Shown here: in pieces, positions 15,154 through 24,000 of the stretch
Numbering within the stretch: position 1 is the first letter of the stretch
How the letters are laid out: each line of letters opens with the position of its first letter
Translations under genes and position numbers: made by a program
Notes under the pieces: generated by a model
What the model saw: the letters and a program-made list of their open reading frames with translations, nothing else
Databases searched by the model: none
What the model was told of the DNA's origin: nothing
Assembly: GCA_000743035.1 (NCBI GenBank)
Contig: CP008936.1
Location: forward strand, 828,022-852,021
Reading direction: 5' to 3'
Origin: Candidatus Paracaedimonas acanthamoebae
GTDB lineage: Bacteria > Pseudomonadota > Alphaproteobacteria > Caedimonadales > Caedimonadaceae
DNA: 24,000 nt

Positions 15154-16947
15154 CTATTTACTTTCAAGCTGGCGTTTCCACATTTGCGCATAAAGTCCTC
15201 TTTTCTTAAGTAATTGTGAATGTATGCCTCGCTCAATAATTTTTCCTTGATCAATGACTAAAATTTCATCCGCATCAACAACCGTTGATAATCGGTGCGC
15301 AATAATAATTGTTGTATGCCCCTTTGAGACTTCCCGCAAATTTTCTTGTATTGTTTTCTCTGTATGAGTATCTAGAGCAGAAGTCGCTTCGTCAAACAAG
15401 AAAATTTTTGGTTTTTTAAGAAGCGTCCGTGCAATAGCAATACGCTGCTTTTCCCCGCCTGACAGCTTTAAACCTCGTTCTCCTACTGTGGTAAGATATT
15501 GATCGGGTGTTTGCATAATAAAATCATGTATTTTAGCAAGTTTGGCAGCCTTTATAACTTCGTCTTTGTCTGCCTGTGGGCGTCCATAAGAAATATTGTA
15601 ATAAATCGTATCATTAAAAAGAACTGTATCTTGCGGCACAATCCCTATCGCCTTACGCAAACTAGACTGTGTTGTCTCACGAATATCTCTTCCATCAATA
15701 AGGATTCGCCCCTTAACAACATCGTAAAACCGAAATAACAAACGTGAGATGGTTGATTTTCCGGCTCCTGAAGGACCTACAATGGCAAGAGTCTTACCCG
15801 CCGGAATCTCAAAAGAGATATTATTAAGTATTTGTCGCTCAGCAGTGTAACTAAAGCTAACATTCTTAAAAATAATAGTTCCATCTTTAATGGTAAGCTC
15901 TTTCGATTGTTTAGGATCTATTACTTCTTGAGGTTCTTTAAAGAGCAAAAACATCTGTTCCATATTTATAAGAGAAAGTTTAATTTCTCTGTAAGCAAAT
16001 CCTAGTATATTAAGTGGCAAATAAAGCTGAATAAGGTAAGTATTAACGAGAACAAAATCTCCCACAGACATTTTTGAAGAAGCAACTTGGGAAGCTGCCA
16101 TAAACATAATGATGATGAGACCAAGGGAAATGATTATCCCTTGCCCAATGTTAAGCACTGACATTATTTGTTTACTTTTTACAGCAGCAATTTCATACTG
16201 CTCGAGGGACGCATCGTAACGTGCGGCCTCATGTTTTTCATTATTAAAATATTTGACAGTTTCATAGTTTAATAAACTATCAACTGCTTTTGTATTCGCT
16301 TCAGTATCAGTTTGATTCATTTTTCGTACAAAATTTGTACGATATTCTGTCAAGCTAATTGTAAAAGTAATATAAATCGCAAGAGTAGAAAGTGTTACAA
16401 GTGCAAAGGATGGTGTATAGATTGTTGAAAGAACCACAGAAACCATAATAATTTCAAAAATTGTTGGGAGTATATTAAAAATCATAAACCTTAGCAGAGT
16501 TTCTATCGCGTTCGTACCGCGTTCAATTGATCGACTGAGCCCCCCAGTTTTACGATCTAAATGAAATCTAAGGCTCAAAGCATGTAGGTACTCAAAAGTT
16601 TCAAGGGCAATTTGTCTAATAGCACGATGCTCAACGCGTACAAACAGCATATCTTTAACTTCATTAAAAAGTTGTGCTCCAATACGAGCAGCACCATAAG
16701 CTAAAATGGTACCTAAAGGCATTATAATAAGCCCTAAGTCCCCTACATTAATGGATAGCGCATCAACAGCTTTTTTATAGTAAACAGGCGCATAAACATT
16801 AAAGATTTTACTTATTAAAAGGAATGCTAGTGCAGAAAGCATGCGAAAACGCATATTTTTGCCTTGTCGCTCCCACAAGTAGTGCATTAATGTCTTTAAT
16901 GGACCAAAATTTGCCTTAGAGTTAATATTTGTATTGTTTAATTTCAT
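15154..16947 (-). CDS. ABC exporter, fused permease/ATPase, Atm1/ABCB6-7 (HMT1)-like
   Basis: N-terminal six-TM domain plus NBD: Walker A GPSGAGKST, signature LSGGEKQRIAIART, Walker B IFLFDEATSALD. I place the start at ATG 16947 (MKLNNTN...), which has an AAGGA RBS about 10 nt upstream, rather than at the ORF-track ATG at 16986. Confidence 0.85.
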   Translation of the reverse strand: MKLNNTNINSKANFGPLKTLMHYLWERQGKNMRFRMLSALAFLLISKIFNVYAPVYYKKAVDALSINVGDLGLIIMPLGTILAYGAARIGAQLFNEVKDMLFVRVEHRAIRQIALETFEYLHALSLRFHLDRKTGGLSRSIERGTNAIETLLRFMIFNILPTIFEIIMVSVVLSTIYTPSFALVTLSTLAIYITFTISLTEYRTNFVRKMNQTDTEANTKAVDSLLNYETVKYFNNEKHEAARYDASLEQYEIAAVKSKQIMSVLNIGQGIIISLGLIIIMFMAASQVASSKMSVGDFVLVNTYLIQLYLPLNILGFAYREIKLSLINMEQMFLLFKEPQEVIDPKQSKELTIKDGTIIFKNVSFSYTAERQILNNISFEIPAGKTLAIVGPSGAGKSTISRLLFRFYDVVKGRILIDGRDIRETTQSSLRKAIGIVPQDTVLFNDTIYYNISYGRPQADKDEVIKAAKLAKIHDFIMQTPDQYLTTVGERGLKLSGGEKQRIAIARTLLKKPKIFLFDEATSALDTHTEKTIQENLREVSKGHTTIIIAHRLSTVVDADEILVIDQGKIIERGIHSQLLKKRGLYAQMWKRQLESK

Positions 16948-17000
16948 TTCAGTTTTATCCTTGACGAGTGGAAAACAAAATAACATTATCAGCGGACAAG

Positions 17001-17048
17001 CTACTATATGTAGTAGATACTGGCCAAAAAAGCCACCACATATTGATT
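17001..17048. promoter_or_regulatory. Tandem NrdR-box-like operators upstream of nrdJ
   Basis: Box 1 is CTACTATATGTAGTAG (17001-17016), a 16-bp palindrome matching at 14 of 16 positions with a C-w-A-t-A-T-a-T-w-G core. Box 2 is CCACCACATATTGATT (17033-17048), core CCACATATTG. Box centres are 32 bp apart, about three helical turns, as reported for NrdR sites. Box 2 overlaps the predicted -35. Confidence 0.6.
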
Positions 17049-17072
17049 ATTTTGTAACTTTAACAGTATATT
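17043..17072 (+). promoter_or_regulatory. Putative sigma70 promoter of nrdJ
   Basis: TTGATT (17043-17048), an 18-nt spacer, then TATATT (17067-17072), 22 nt upstream of the ATG at 17095. An AAAGGA RBS is present. Confidence 0.4.
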
Positions 17073-17094
17073 AGTTAATTAAAGGATATGCATT

Positions 17095-20000
17095 ATGAGA
17101 ATTACTCGGCGCTTCACGAACAAAGGTCAATCTCCTTATTCAACTATCGAGTTCCGCAAAGCCACGAGTGAAATACGCAATCCTGATGGATCTGTTGTTT
17201 TTCAAATGAAAGACATTGAGGTCCCTGCAAAATGGTCTCAAGTTTCCTGCGACATATTAGCACAGAAATACTTCCGTAAAGCAGGCGTGCCTGCAAAATT
17301 GCGTCCTGTCGAGGAGAAAGGCATTCCTGAGTGGCTGAGAGCATCAACAAGCGATGATACCATTAAAAAAAATAAAGAACTGTCTTCTGACAAAGCGATA
17401 ACAGGTCCTGAAACTTCTGCAAAACAAGTCTTTAATCGCCTTGCAGGTGCTTGGACTTATTGGGGATGGAAAGGGGGCTATTTCAGCTCAGAAGAAGATG
17501 CGCATAGCTTCTATGATGAGTTGTGTTACATGTTAGCGAATCAAATGGTTGCTCCTAACTCTCCACAATGGTTTAACACAGGTTTATATTGGGCATATGG
17601 CATTGATGGTCCTTCTCAAGGTCATTTTTACGTTGATCATATAACTGAAAAATTAATGAATTCAACATCTGCTTATGAGCGTCCCCAACCTCATGCCTGC
17701 TTTATCTCCAGCATTAATGATGATTTAGTTAATGAAGGCGGTATTATGGACTTATGGCTCAGAGAAGCAAGATTGTTCAAATATGGCTCTGGAACTGGAT
17801 CAAACTTTTCAAATCTCCGTGGCAGAGGTGAATCTTTATCTGGAGGAGGTAAATCTTCCGGACTCATGAGTTTCCTTAAAATTGGAGATCGAGCAGCTGG
17901 TGCTATCAAATCCGGGGGCACAACAAGAAGAGCTGCTAAAATGGTTGTCGTCGACATTGATCATCCGGATATCGAGGAATTTATCAATTGGAAAATTGTA
18001 GAAGAACAAAAAGTTCTTGCTCTCGTCACTGGTTCAAAGATTGCAAAAAAACATCTTAATGCCGTTATGCAAGCGTGTCAGCTGGGAACGGATGAGACTC
18101 GATTTGATCCTAAAGTCAATTCAGCTTTAAAAGAAACCATAAAAGCTGCACGCAATCATATGGTTTCAGAAAACTATATTCAAAGAGTTATTCAATACGC
18201 TCGCCAAGGATATACTTCTTTTGAATTTGAGACATATGACACAGATTTTAATTCTGAAGCTTATGCGACGGTTTCGGGGCAAAACTCAAACAACTCTGTA
18301 TCTGTCACCAATGAATTTTTAGAAAAAGTTCTCAAAAACGAAGAATGGGATCTTATTCGTCGCACAGATGGAAGCGTTTATAAAAAGATCCAGGCTAAAG
18401 AGCTCTGGGAACAAATAGGTTATGCTGCTTGGGCCTCTGCAGATCCTGGGATTCATTACCATACAACAATTAATGAATGGCATACATGTCCTAAGAGTGG
18501 CCCTATTCGATCATCAAACCCGTGTTCAGAGTATTTGTTTCTTGATGACACAGCTTGCAACCTTGCGTCAATTAACCTTGCTTTATTTTATAATATGGGC
18601 GCCGAAAATGAGCAGCCAACCTTTAATGTCGAAGCTTATGAGCATGCTGTAAGGCTTTGGACTCTTGTTCTTGAGATTTCGGTTATGATGGCACAGTACC
18701 CTTCCAAAGAAATTGCTCAACGTTCGTATGATTTTCGCACATTAGGTCTTGGATATGCTAACCTTGGGGGGCTTTTGATGGCTATGGGGATTTCTTACGA
18801 TAGCCTACAAGGACGTAGTATTGGTGGTGCTTTAGCCGCTATTATGACTGGTAGATCTTATGCAACTTCGGCAGAAATTGCTGGTGAACTTGGTGCTTTT
18901 TCTCAATATGCGCTTAATAAAGAAGATATGTTACGTGTTATGAGGAACCATCGGAGAGCAGCTTACGGGGAAACGTCAGGCTATGAAAATCTCAAAACTT
19001 TTCCAGTAGCCCTTGATCATGATTCCTGCCCTATTCACGATCTTAGTACAGCAGCCAAAAATGCTTGGGACCAAGCATTAGAGTTAGGAAAAAAGCACGG
19101 GTATCGTAACGCTCAAACAACTTGCATTGCCCCGACTGGTACCATTGGGCTTGTTATGGACTGCGATACAACAGGTGTTGAGCCAGATTTTGCGCTTGTA
19201 AAATTTAAGAAATTGGTTGGAGGGGGGTACTTTAAAATCATCAATCAGATGGTTCCTAAAGCTTTAAAAAAACTTGGTTATAATAAAGAACAAATCCAAA
19301 ATATTGTGAATTATGCTGTTGGTCGAGGAACTCTTGAAGGATCACCTAACATTAGTTTTGAGATCCTTAAAACAAAGGGATTTAATGAAGAAATTTTGGA
19401 GAAGCTTAAAACTAGTTTGACTTCTGCTTTTGATATAAAATTTGCCTTCAATCGTTGGACTCTGGGTGAGGATTTCTGCAAGAATATTCTTGGGTTCTCA
19501 GAGGAACAATTAAACAATAATAGCTTTGAAATTCTAACAGCCTTAGGCTTTAGTAAGGAAGAAATAGAAAATGCGAACAATTACTGTTGTGGAACAATGA
19601 CCTTAGAGGGAGCCCCTCACTTAAAGGTAGAACATCTTCCCATCTTCGATTGCGCAAATCCTTGTGGACGCCTTGGAAAAAGAGCTTTATCAACAGAAAG
19701 CCATATTCATATGATGGCAGCTGTACAGCCATTTATATCAGGCGCTATCTCAAAAACAATTAATATGCCTAACAACGCATCGATTGAGGAATGTAATAAT
19801 GCGTACCTCTTGTCTTGGCGTTTAGCACTCAAATGTAACGCACTTTATCGGGACGGTTCAAAACTTTCTCAGCCACTCAATACCTCATTGATAGCCGATG
19901 AAGAAAACGCTGAAGAGGTTTTAGAAGAGATTAATTCTCTTACAGGCGCGGATCGAACGAAAGCAATGGCTGAGCGAATTGTTGAAAGGGTTATTGAGCG

Positions 20001-20808
20001 AGTTGTCCACCGCAATGAACGCCATAAACTCCCTGCTCGACGCAAAGGATATACTCAAAAAGCCACCGTTGGAGGCCACAAAGTCTATTTGCGAACTGGG
20101 GAATATGAAGATGGCCGCTTAGGAGAAATCTTTATTGATCTGCATAAAGAGGGATCTGCTTTTAGAAGTTTAATGAATAACTTCGCGATGGCGATCTCTA
20201 TTGGGCTGCAGTATGGTGTTCCTTTAGAAGAATTTGTTGATGCTTTTGCATTTACGCGGTTTGAGCCTTCAGGGTTAGTTACTGGCAATGATGCTATTAA
20301 GATGGCAACTTCTATTCTAGACTACATCTTCCGTGAGCTTGCAATTTCTTACCTTGACAGAACAGATTTAGCTCACTCAGATCCTCGAGAGCTTTTACCT
20401 GAAAGCCTGGGAGAAGCCCATGAACGTATGTCCACGGGACGTCAAGAACATCAAGAGATTGAGGCTCTCACTTCTTTAACAAGTAAAGGATATATCCGTA
20501 ATAATTTGTATGTTTTAAAAGGAAAAAGGGTAAGCAGCCAAGCAGGTGAAACTTCATACTTAAAAATCGAAGGTTCTACTGCGCTTGTAACTGAATCTAT
20601 TGGAGCTTTAAATTTAGAAAAAACTGAATTGAAGATTCCTCAGCATCAAGACGATTTACCTTCTATCGACAAAACTTCAAAAGTAGCAACCGCACGACTA
20701 AAAGGTTACGAAGGAGATTCATGCCAAGAATGTGGAAACTTTACTTTGGTTCGGAATGGAACATGTATGAAGTGCATGACTTGTGGTAGTACAAGTGGTT
20801 GCTCTTAA
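17095..20808 (+). CDS. nrdJ: Class II (adenosylcobalamin-dependent) ribonucleoside-diphosphate reductase, long form
   Basis: 1237 aa with the characteristic N-terminus (RRFT...PY..IEFR...[12 protein letters not shown]...[22 protein letters not shown]). Active-site region [23 protein letters not shown], then [26 protein letters not shown]-terminal Cys-rich tail [28 protein letters not shown]. Confidence 0.95.
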   Translation: MRITRRFTNKGQSPYSTIEFRKATSEIRNPDGSVVFQMKDIEVPAKWSQVSCDILAQKYFRKAGVPAKLRPVEEKGIPEWLRASTSDDTIKKNKELSSDKAITGPETSAKQVFNRLAGAWTYWGWKGGYFSSEEDAHSFYDELCYMLANQMVAPNSPQWFNTGLYWAYGIDGPSQGHFYVDHITEKLMNSTSAYERPQPHACFISSINDDLVNEGGIMDLWLREARLFKYGSGTGSNFSNLRGRGESLSGGGKSSGLMSFLKIGDRAAGAIKSGGTTRRAAKMVVVDIDHPDIEEFINWKIVEEQKVLALVTGSKIAKKHLNAVMQACQLGTDETRFDPKVNSALKETIKAARNHMVSENYIQRVIQYARQGYTSFEFETYDTDFNSEAYATVSGQNSNNSVSVTNEFLEKVLKNEEWDLIRRTDGSVYKKIQAKELWEQIGYAAWASADPGIHYHTTINEWHTCPKSGPIRSSNPCSEYLFLDDTACNLASINLALFYNMGAENEQPTFNVEAYEHAVRLWTLVLEISVMMAQYPSKEIAQRSYDFRTLGLGYANLGGLLMAMGISYDSLQGRSIGGALAAIMTGRSYATSAEIAGELGAFSQYALNKEDMLRVMRNHRRAAYGETSGYENLKTFPVALDHDSCPIHDLSTAAKNAWDQALELGKKHGYRNAQTTCIAPTGTIGLVMDCDTTGVEPDFALVKFKKLVGGGYFKIINQMVPKALKKLGYNKEQIQNIVNYAVGRGTLEGSPNISFEILKTKGFNEEILEKLKTSLTSAFDIKFAFNRWTLGEDFCKNILGFSEEQLNNNSFEILTALGFSKEEIENANNYCCGTMTLEGAPHLKVEHLPIFDCANPCGRLGKRALSTESHIHMMAAVQPFISGAISKTINMPNNASIEECNNAYLLSWRLALKCNALYRDGSKLSQPLNTSLIADEENAEEVLEEINSLTGADRTKAMAERIVERVIERVVHRNERHKLPARRKGYTQKATVGGHKVYLRTGEYEDGRLGEIFIDLHKEGSAFRSLMNNFAMAISIGLQYGVPLEEFVDAFAFTRFEPSGLVTGNDAIKMATSILDYIFRELAISYLDRTDLAHSDPRELLPESLGEAHERMSTGRQEHQEIEALTSLTSKGYIRNNLYVLKGKRVSSQAGETSYLKIEGSTALVTESIGALNLEKTELKIPQHQDDLPSIDKTSKVATARLKGYEGDSCQECGNFTLVRNGTCMKCMTCGSTSGCS

Positions 20809-20830
20809 TACGTAAGAATTCCTTTTTAAT

Positions 20831-20863
20831 AAGGGTATACTAATAATAAAATAGTATACCCTT
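20831..20863 (+). terminator. Hairpin terminator candidate downstream of nrdJ
   Basis: Perfect 12-bp inverted repeat AAGGGTATACTA / TAGTATACCCTT with a 9-nt loop, starting 22 nt after the nrdJ stop. It is followed by AAAATTTAAATTT, an imperfect U-tract. Confidence 0.5.
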
Positions 20864-20980
20864 AAAATTTAAATTTAGTGTCCCCTTTTGATCGCAACAA
20901 AAAATCTCTGGCCATATTTTGACTGTTGAGCTAATCTACGTCAAAAATTATGACTTAAAAACTTTAAAGAAAGAACTTAT

Positions 20981-22369
20981 ATGAGCATACGTATATTGTA
21001 CTTATGGGTCAGTGTTCTACTCTCAATTTCCTTTGGTTATACATCAGATATAACTTTAGAAAGCATTCATGAAGAAGAGCTAACTAGAAATTTAAAAGGA
21101 AAAATTGAATATGCTTTGCTCAATTATAAAGAAAAAATTCAATCTAAAACATCTCCAAGATGTAAAACATTTGCAGAAGCTCATGCTCTAACGCTGATTG
21201 CTCTTAAATCAAGTATGGAATCAGCTTTTTTTCTTCCTAAAACTGCTCTAACTCCTAGAATTAAATCAACCCTTGAAGATCTTAAAAAAGATTATGAAAT
21301 AAGTCCGTCCTTTTCTATACAATCTGACCAACTCATGAGATTACTGAACTCTATCCCCCATACCAAAAAAATGCGTAAAAGATTAGGAGTAGCAAGAGAT
21401 ACTGCTAAAGTTTTTGAAGACACTTTAAGTTATATAAACACCATTTTTAAAAGCAAATTCTTAGGTTATTCTGAAGAAGCTTATGCAAAGGCAGCACAAG
21501 TATATATTGCACTTCTTCAATGGAGAGAAAACTCTTGTAAAACACCAGGGCATATGGAGCTTAATACATTTTATAAAGAGGAATTTATCAATAATGTTTT
21601 AAAAAGCATAGATAGGACAGGAGGAATTAATTTCGTGTTATTCGTCTGTCCTCCGGTAAATTTTTCATCTTTAAATTCAGAAAACCCGGAAGAATATTTC
21701 TTAGTATCAGCTAGGGAAAGCTTATTATCTAAGCATGTTCCTCATCTAGAAACTCTTGTTGAAGAATTCTTAAGCCCTACGCAAGTCCCTGTTACATTCT
21801 TACTTGCAATAGGAGATAGTGATGAAGATGATTATATATGGCCTGCCTTGGGAAGGCCTACGGGATTAATTGAGGAAAAATTGAACCATCGTCGCATAAA
21901 ACTTGCTTCAAATATCGCAACATACATCTCCCAATATCTTCCTTCTGCTAAGATTGCGATACATAGTTTACATGGAAATGGTGGTAAAAATGCAGATAAA
22001 AAAATCTATGAAGAAATATCTTTGAATTACCGCGAATATTTTTCAGATTCGGACATAGATACTGAGGCAACTCGAATGTTACAATTATGGGCAAAAGGAA
22101 GTTATTATGGTGGCTTGCCTTCTCCAACTGATGAAACCTTAAGTAAAATTATAGCTGCTAAATTTGGAGCATATGCAGTACATGGCATTATTGCTCGTAA
22201 ACTTGCTCCTTTTTCGTTCTTATGTCAGACTGAATTTCCTCCTAAGCTACGCACAGATATGCTAAATGCAGGTATAAAATGTCAGAAAGATGAAGAGTTC
22301 TCTGTCGTGTATTTATTAGGAGATAAAGGTAAAAGTAAAGGCCAAGTAATTAGAAATCCATCTGCTTAG
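20981..22369 (+). CDS. Hypothetical exported protein, 462 aa, no family recognised
   Basis: Long uninterrupted ORF in a 1.7-kb slot with no competing frame. N-terminal signal-peptide-like segment (MSIRILYLWVSVLLSISFGYTS). It is flanked by 172-bp and 178-bp spacers, which suggests a monocistronic unit. Confidence 0.7.
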   Translation: MSIRILYLWVSVLLSISFGYTSDITLESIHEEELTRNLKGKIEYALLNYKEKIQSKTSPRCKTFAEAHALTLIALKSSMESAFFLPKTALTPRIKSTLEDLKKDYEISPSFSIQSDQLMRLLNSIPHTKKMRKRLGVARDTAKVFEDTLSYINTIFKSKFLGYSEEAYAKAAQVYIALLQWRENSCKTPGHMELNTFYKEEFINNVLKSIDRTGGINFVLFVCPPVNFSSLNSENPEEYFLVSARESLLSKHVPHLETLVEEFLSPTQVPVTFLLAIGDSDEDDYIWPALGRPTGLIEEKLNHRRIKLASNIATYISQYLPSAKIAIHSLHGNGGKNADKKIYEEISLNYREYFSDSDIDTEATRMLQLWAKGSYYGGLPSPTDETLSKIIAAKFGAYAVHGIIARKLAPFSFLCQTEFPPKLRTDMLNAGIKCQKDEEFSVVYLLGDKGKSKGQVIRNPSA

Positions 22370-22547
22370 ATGCAAATTCATCACTAACAATGCAGTGCTA
22401 ACGTTTGTAATTTATTTCCTTCTTCAAAGTACGTTCTTTTGGCTTACATTCCCTACTAGAAAATGCTGCCTTTTCATGCTAATTGAGCTTGCATGCATTC
22501 TTGAGTAATGGCAAATTTATTCCTTAACTACAGGGAGGAGATTTATA

Positions 22548-23135
22548 GTGGAATTTGTTAAGTCGGCGTGTGTGTACTGCAGTTCTTTTAATGGACTTTC
22601 TGAAAAATACCAACTTGCCGCGAAAGAAGTAGGAACACTTCTCGCAAAAAATAATATTAAGTTGGTGTATGGTGGTGGGCGCATGGGACTTATGGGGCTT
22701 GTTTCTAATGCTGCCTTAGAAGCAGGAGGAAGCGCTATTGGAATTTCAACAACACTTATTAGCACAAGAGAAGGTATTAATGAAAATCTTCATGAAATTA
22801 TAGTCGTTGAGACGATGCACGAACGTAAGCAACTTATGTTCGAAAAATCTGAAGCGTTTGTCATTCTACCTGGCGGAATTGGAACTTTGGATGAGACCTT
22901 TGAAATTATGACTTGGAAACAAATTGGACTTCATCATAAGAAGATCATTTTCCTAGATATTGATGGATATTGGTCGATAGTTTTCCAAATACACTTCAAA
23001 CGTATGATTGAAGATGGTTTTGTGCGAGAAATTGATCAAAACCTCTTTACAATTGCAAAAACGCCTGATGAAGTAATCTATAGTCTTTGTAATGGTGTCC
23101 AGCCAGATCAAGGCTATGTTTCAAAATGGGTTTAG
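22548..23135 (+). CDS. LOG-family protein (TIGR00730; cytokinin riboside 5'-monophosphate phosphoribohydrolase-type, formerly 'lysine decarboxylase-like')
   Basis: GTG start with a strong GGGAGGAG RBS 7 nt upstream. LOG motifs are present: VYGGGRMGLMG and ILPGGIGTLDETFEIMTW. Confidence 0.85.
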   Translation: MEFVKSACVYCSSFNGLSEKYQLAAKEVGTLLAKNNIKLVYGGGRMGLMGLVSNAALEAGGSAIGISTTLISTREGINENLHEIIVVETMHERKQLMFEKSEAFVILPGGIGTLDETFEIMTWKQIGLHHKKIIFLDIDGYWSIVFQIHFKRMIEDGFVREIDQNLFTIAKTPDEVIYSLCNGVQPDQGYVSKWV

Positions 23136-23143
23136 AGGAAAAA

Positions 23144-23908
23144 ATGAATCCACTTATTATTATCCCTGCACGCCTTTCAGCCTCAAGGTTACCTCAAAAA
23201 CCTCTAGCTTTAATTGGTGATAAACCTCTCATATTACATGTTTTAGAGCGTGGTTTAGAAGCTAATATAGGACGCGTTATTGTCGCATGTGATGACGAGA
23301 AAATTGCCTCACTCGTTAAAGACGCTGGTGGCGAAGTTTGTTTGACTGATCCTACTCTTCCTTCAGGATCAGACCGAGTTTACGCCGCAGCAACCATCAT
23401 TGATCCTGAGGAAAATTACGATGTTATCATTAACCTGCAAGGTGATATGCCTTTTATTGATCCTCAGGTGATTAAATATTCGTTTGAACCCCTCCAAAAT
23501 GAAAATGTAGATATTGCAACATTAGCCGTTAAACTAGAGGATGAAGAGCGCAAAAATAACCCAAGTATAGCAAAAATAGCCATGGTTGAAGGGAAAAATC
23601 CCAATATACAGCAAGCTCTTTATTTTAGTCGTTCTGTCATTCCTCATAGAGCCATAACACATTATCATCATATAGGCCTTTACAGTTATCGCCGCCAGGC
23701 TCTCAAAACATTCGTTCATCACCCCCCTTCTTCACTTGAGCTCGCTGAGAAACTAGAACAATTAAGAGCCCTTGAAATAGGGCTACGTATTGATGTTCGT
23801 ATTGTTGATGCTGTTCCGTTTGAAGTCAATACACCAGAAGATTTAGAAGAATCACAAAAGCTCGTTAACACTTTTCGAAATAGTTGGAAAGATAAATCTC
23901 TTGCATAA
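23144..23908 (+). CDS. kdsB: 3-deoxy-manno-octulosonate cytidylyltransferase (CMP-Kdo synthetase)
   Basis: N-terminal IIIPARLSASRLPQKPL, then VIVACDDEKI, GSDRV and INLQGDMPFIDP motifs. I place the start at ATG 23144 (GAGGA RBS, 8 nt after the LOG stop) rather than the overlapping ATG at 23126. Confidence 0.9.
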   Translation: MNPLIIIPARLSASRLPQKPLALIGDKPLILHVLERGLEANIGRVIVACDDEKIASLVKDAGGEVCLTDPTLPSGSDRVYAAATIIDPEENYDVIINLQGDMPFIDPQVIKYSFEPLQNENVDIATLAVKLEDEERKNNPSIAKIAMVEGKNPNIQQALYFSRSVIPHRAITHYHHIGLYSYRRQALKTFVHHPPSSLELAEKLEQLRALEIGLRIDVRIVDAVPFEVNTPEDLEESQKLVNTFRNSWKDKSLA

Positions 23909-23930
23909 TTTATTGGTAATCTTTTATAGT

Positions 23931-24000
23931 CCCTCTGGAAGATCAGCCCTAGACACTAAGTTTGCAAACCCGGTCAGATCTGGAAAGAAGCAGCCGTAGC
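23931..24000 (+). ncRNA. ffs: Signal recognition particle RNA (4.5S, small bacterial type), 5' portion truncated by the window end
   Basis: 23972-23995 GGTCAGATCTGGAAAGAAGCAGCC matches the universally conserved SRP domain IV strand (E. coli GGUCAGGUCCGGAAGGAAGCAGCC). The motif sits about 42 nt from the proposed 5' end, as in E. coli 4.5S RNA. The 5' boundary is approximate (plus or minus 5 nt). Confidence 0.65.

Noticed and set aside
14658-15738. ORFs 14658-14888(-) and 15499-15738(+)
   Set aside because: They are off-frame or antisense within the MFS and ABC exporter genes.
16948-16986. Upstream ATG (MLFCFPLVKDKTE...) for the Atm1-like ABC exporter
   Set aside because: It has no RBS, whereas the ATG at 16947 has AAGGA at proper spacing. 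The extra 13 residues are not part of the family N-terminus as far as I can tell, though the choice remains uncertain.
17144-20288. Seven short ORFs inside nrdJ (17144-17350, 17691-17957, 18422-18652, 19311-19580, 19550-19732 and 20085-20288, on both strands)
   Set aside because: All are nested in the 1237-aa NrdJ reading frame, which is unambiguous, so these are shadow ORFs. I also found no intein signature in nrdJ.
21962-21988. HSLHGNGGK in the 462-aa orphan protein, resembling the Fic motif HxFx(D/E)GNGRxxR
   Set aside because: The register does not fit. The His is one residue too close to GNG, the acidic residue is replaced by His, and both Arg residues are missing.
22517-22765. 82-aa minus-strand ORF overlapping the LOG gene start
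   Set aside because: It is antisense to a motif-supported LOG CDS, and its Pro/Ser-rich translation is typical of a shadow frame.
23126-23722. The kdsB start at 23126 (overlapping LOG by 10 nt) and the antisense ORF at 23534-23722
   Set aside because: The ATG at 23144 has a GAGGA RBS and yields the canonical MNPLIIIPAR N-terminus. The antisense ORF has no support.
1-24000. Scan for CRISPR arrays, IS elements, transposases, integrases, phage genes, toxin-antitoxin pairs or known defence genes
   Set aside because: None were seen. Intergenic regions are short (at most about 270 bp), and every long ORF is accounted for by housekeeping or transport families, apart from the orphan at 20981-22369.

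Overview
AT-rich (about 35% GC by eye), densely packed, mostly housekeeping bacterial chromosome. Gene content points to an alphaproteobacterium, possibly a reduced or intracellular lineage (inference only): a MipZ-type division ATPase, a long class II (B12) ribonucleotide reductase with a Cys-rich tail, an Atm1-type ABC exporter, KdsB and a 4.5S/SRP RNA. I support 20 protein genes, one tRNA-CAU (77 nt, CCA encoded), a 5' partial SRP RNA at the right edge, tandem NrdR-type operator boxes upstream of nrdJ, two sigma70-like promoters and two hairpin terminator candidates. I saw no CRISPR array, IS, transposase, integrase or recognisable defence or toxin-antitoxin genes, and most of the window looks like core genome. 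The best candidate for an undescribed system is the tightly packed four-gene operon at 3862-9059. It encodes an Asp/Glu-family racemase, an orphan periplasmic family-3 solute-binding protein, a dCache-HAMP class III adenylate cyclase and a DAACS-family 'symporter'. By-eye alignment suggests the symporter has lost its conserved cation and substrate coupling motifs. I read this as a possible amino-acid sensing complex (binding protein plus 'trigger transporter' plus cyclase) with cAMP output. The second candidate is a stand-alone 462-aa signal-peptide protein (20981-22369) that I cannot place in any family. All family calls rest on motif and similarity recognition from memory; no database search was run.
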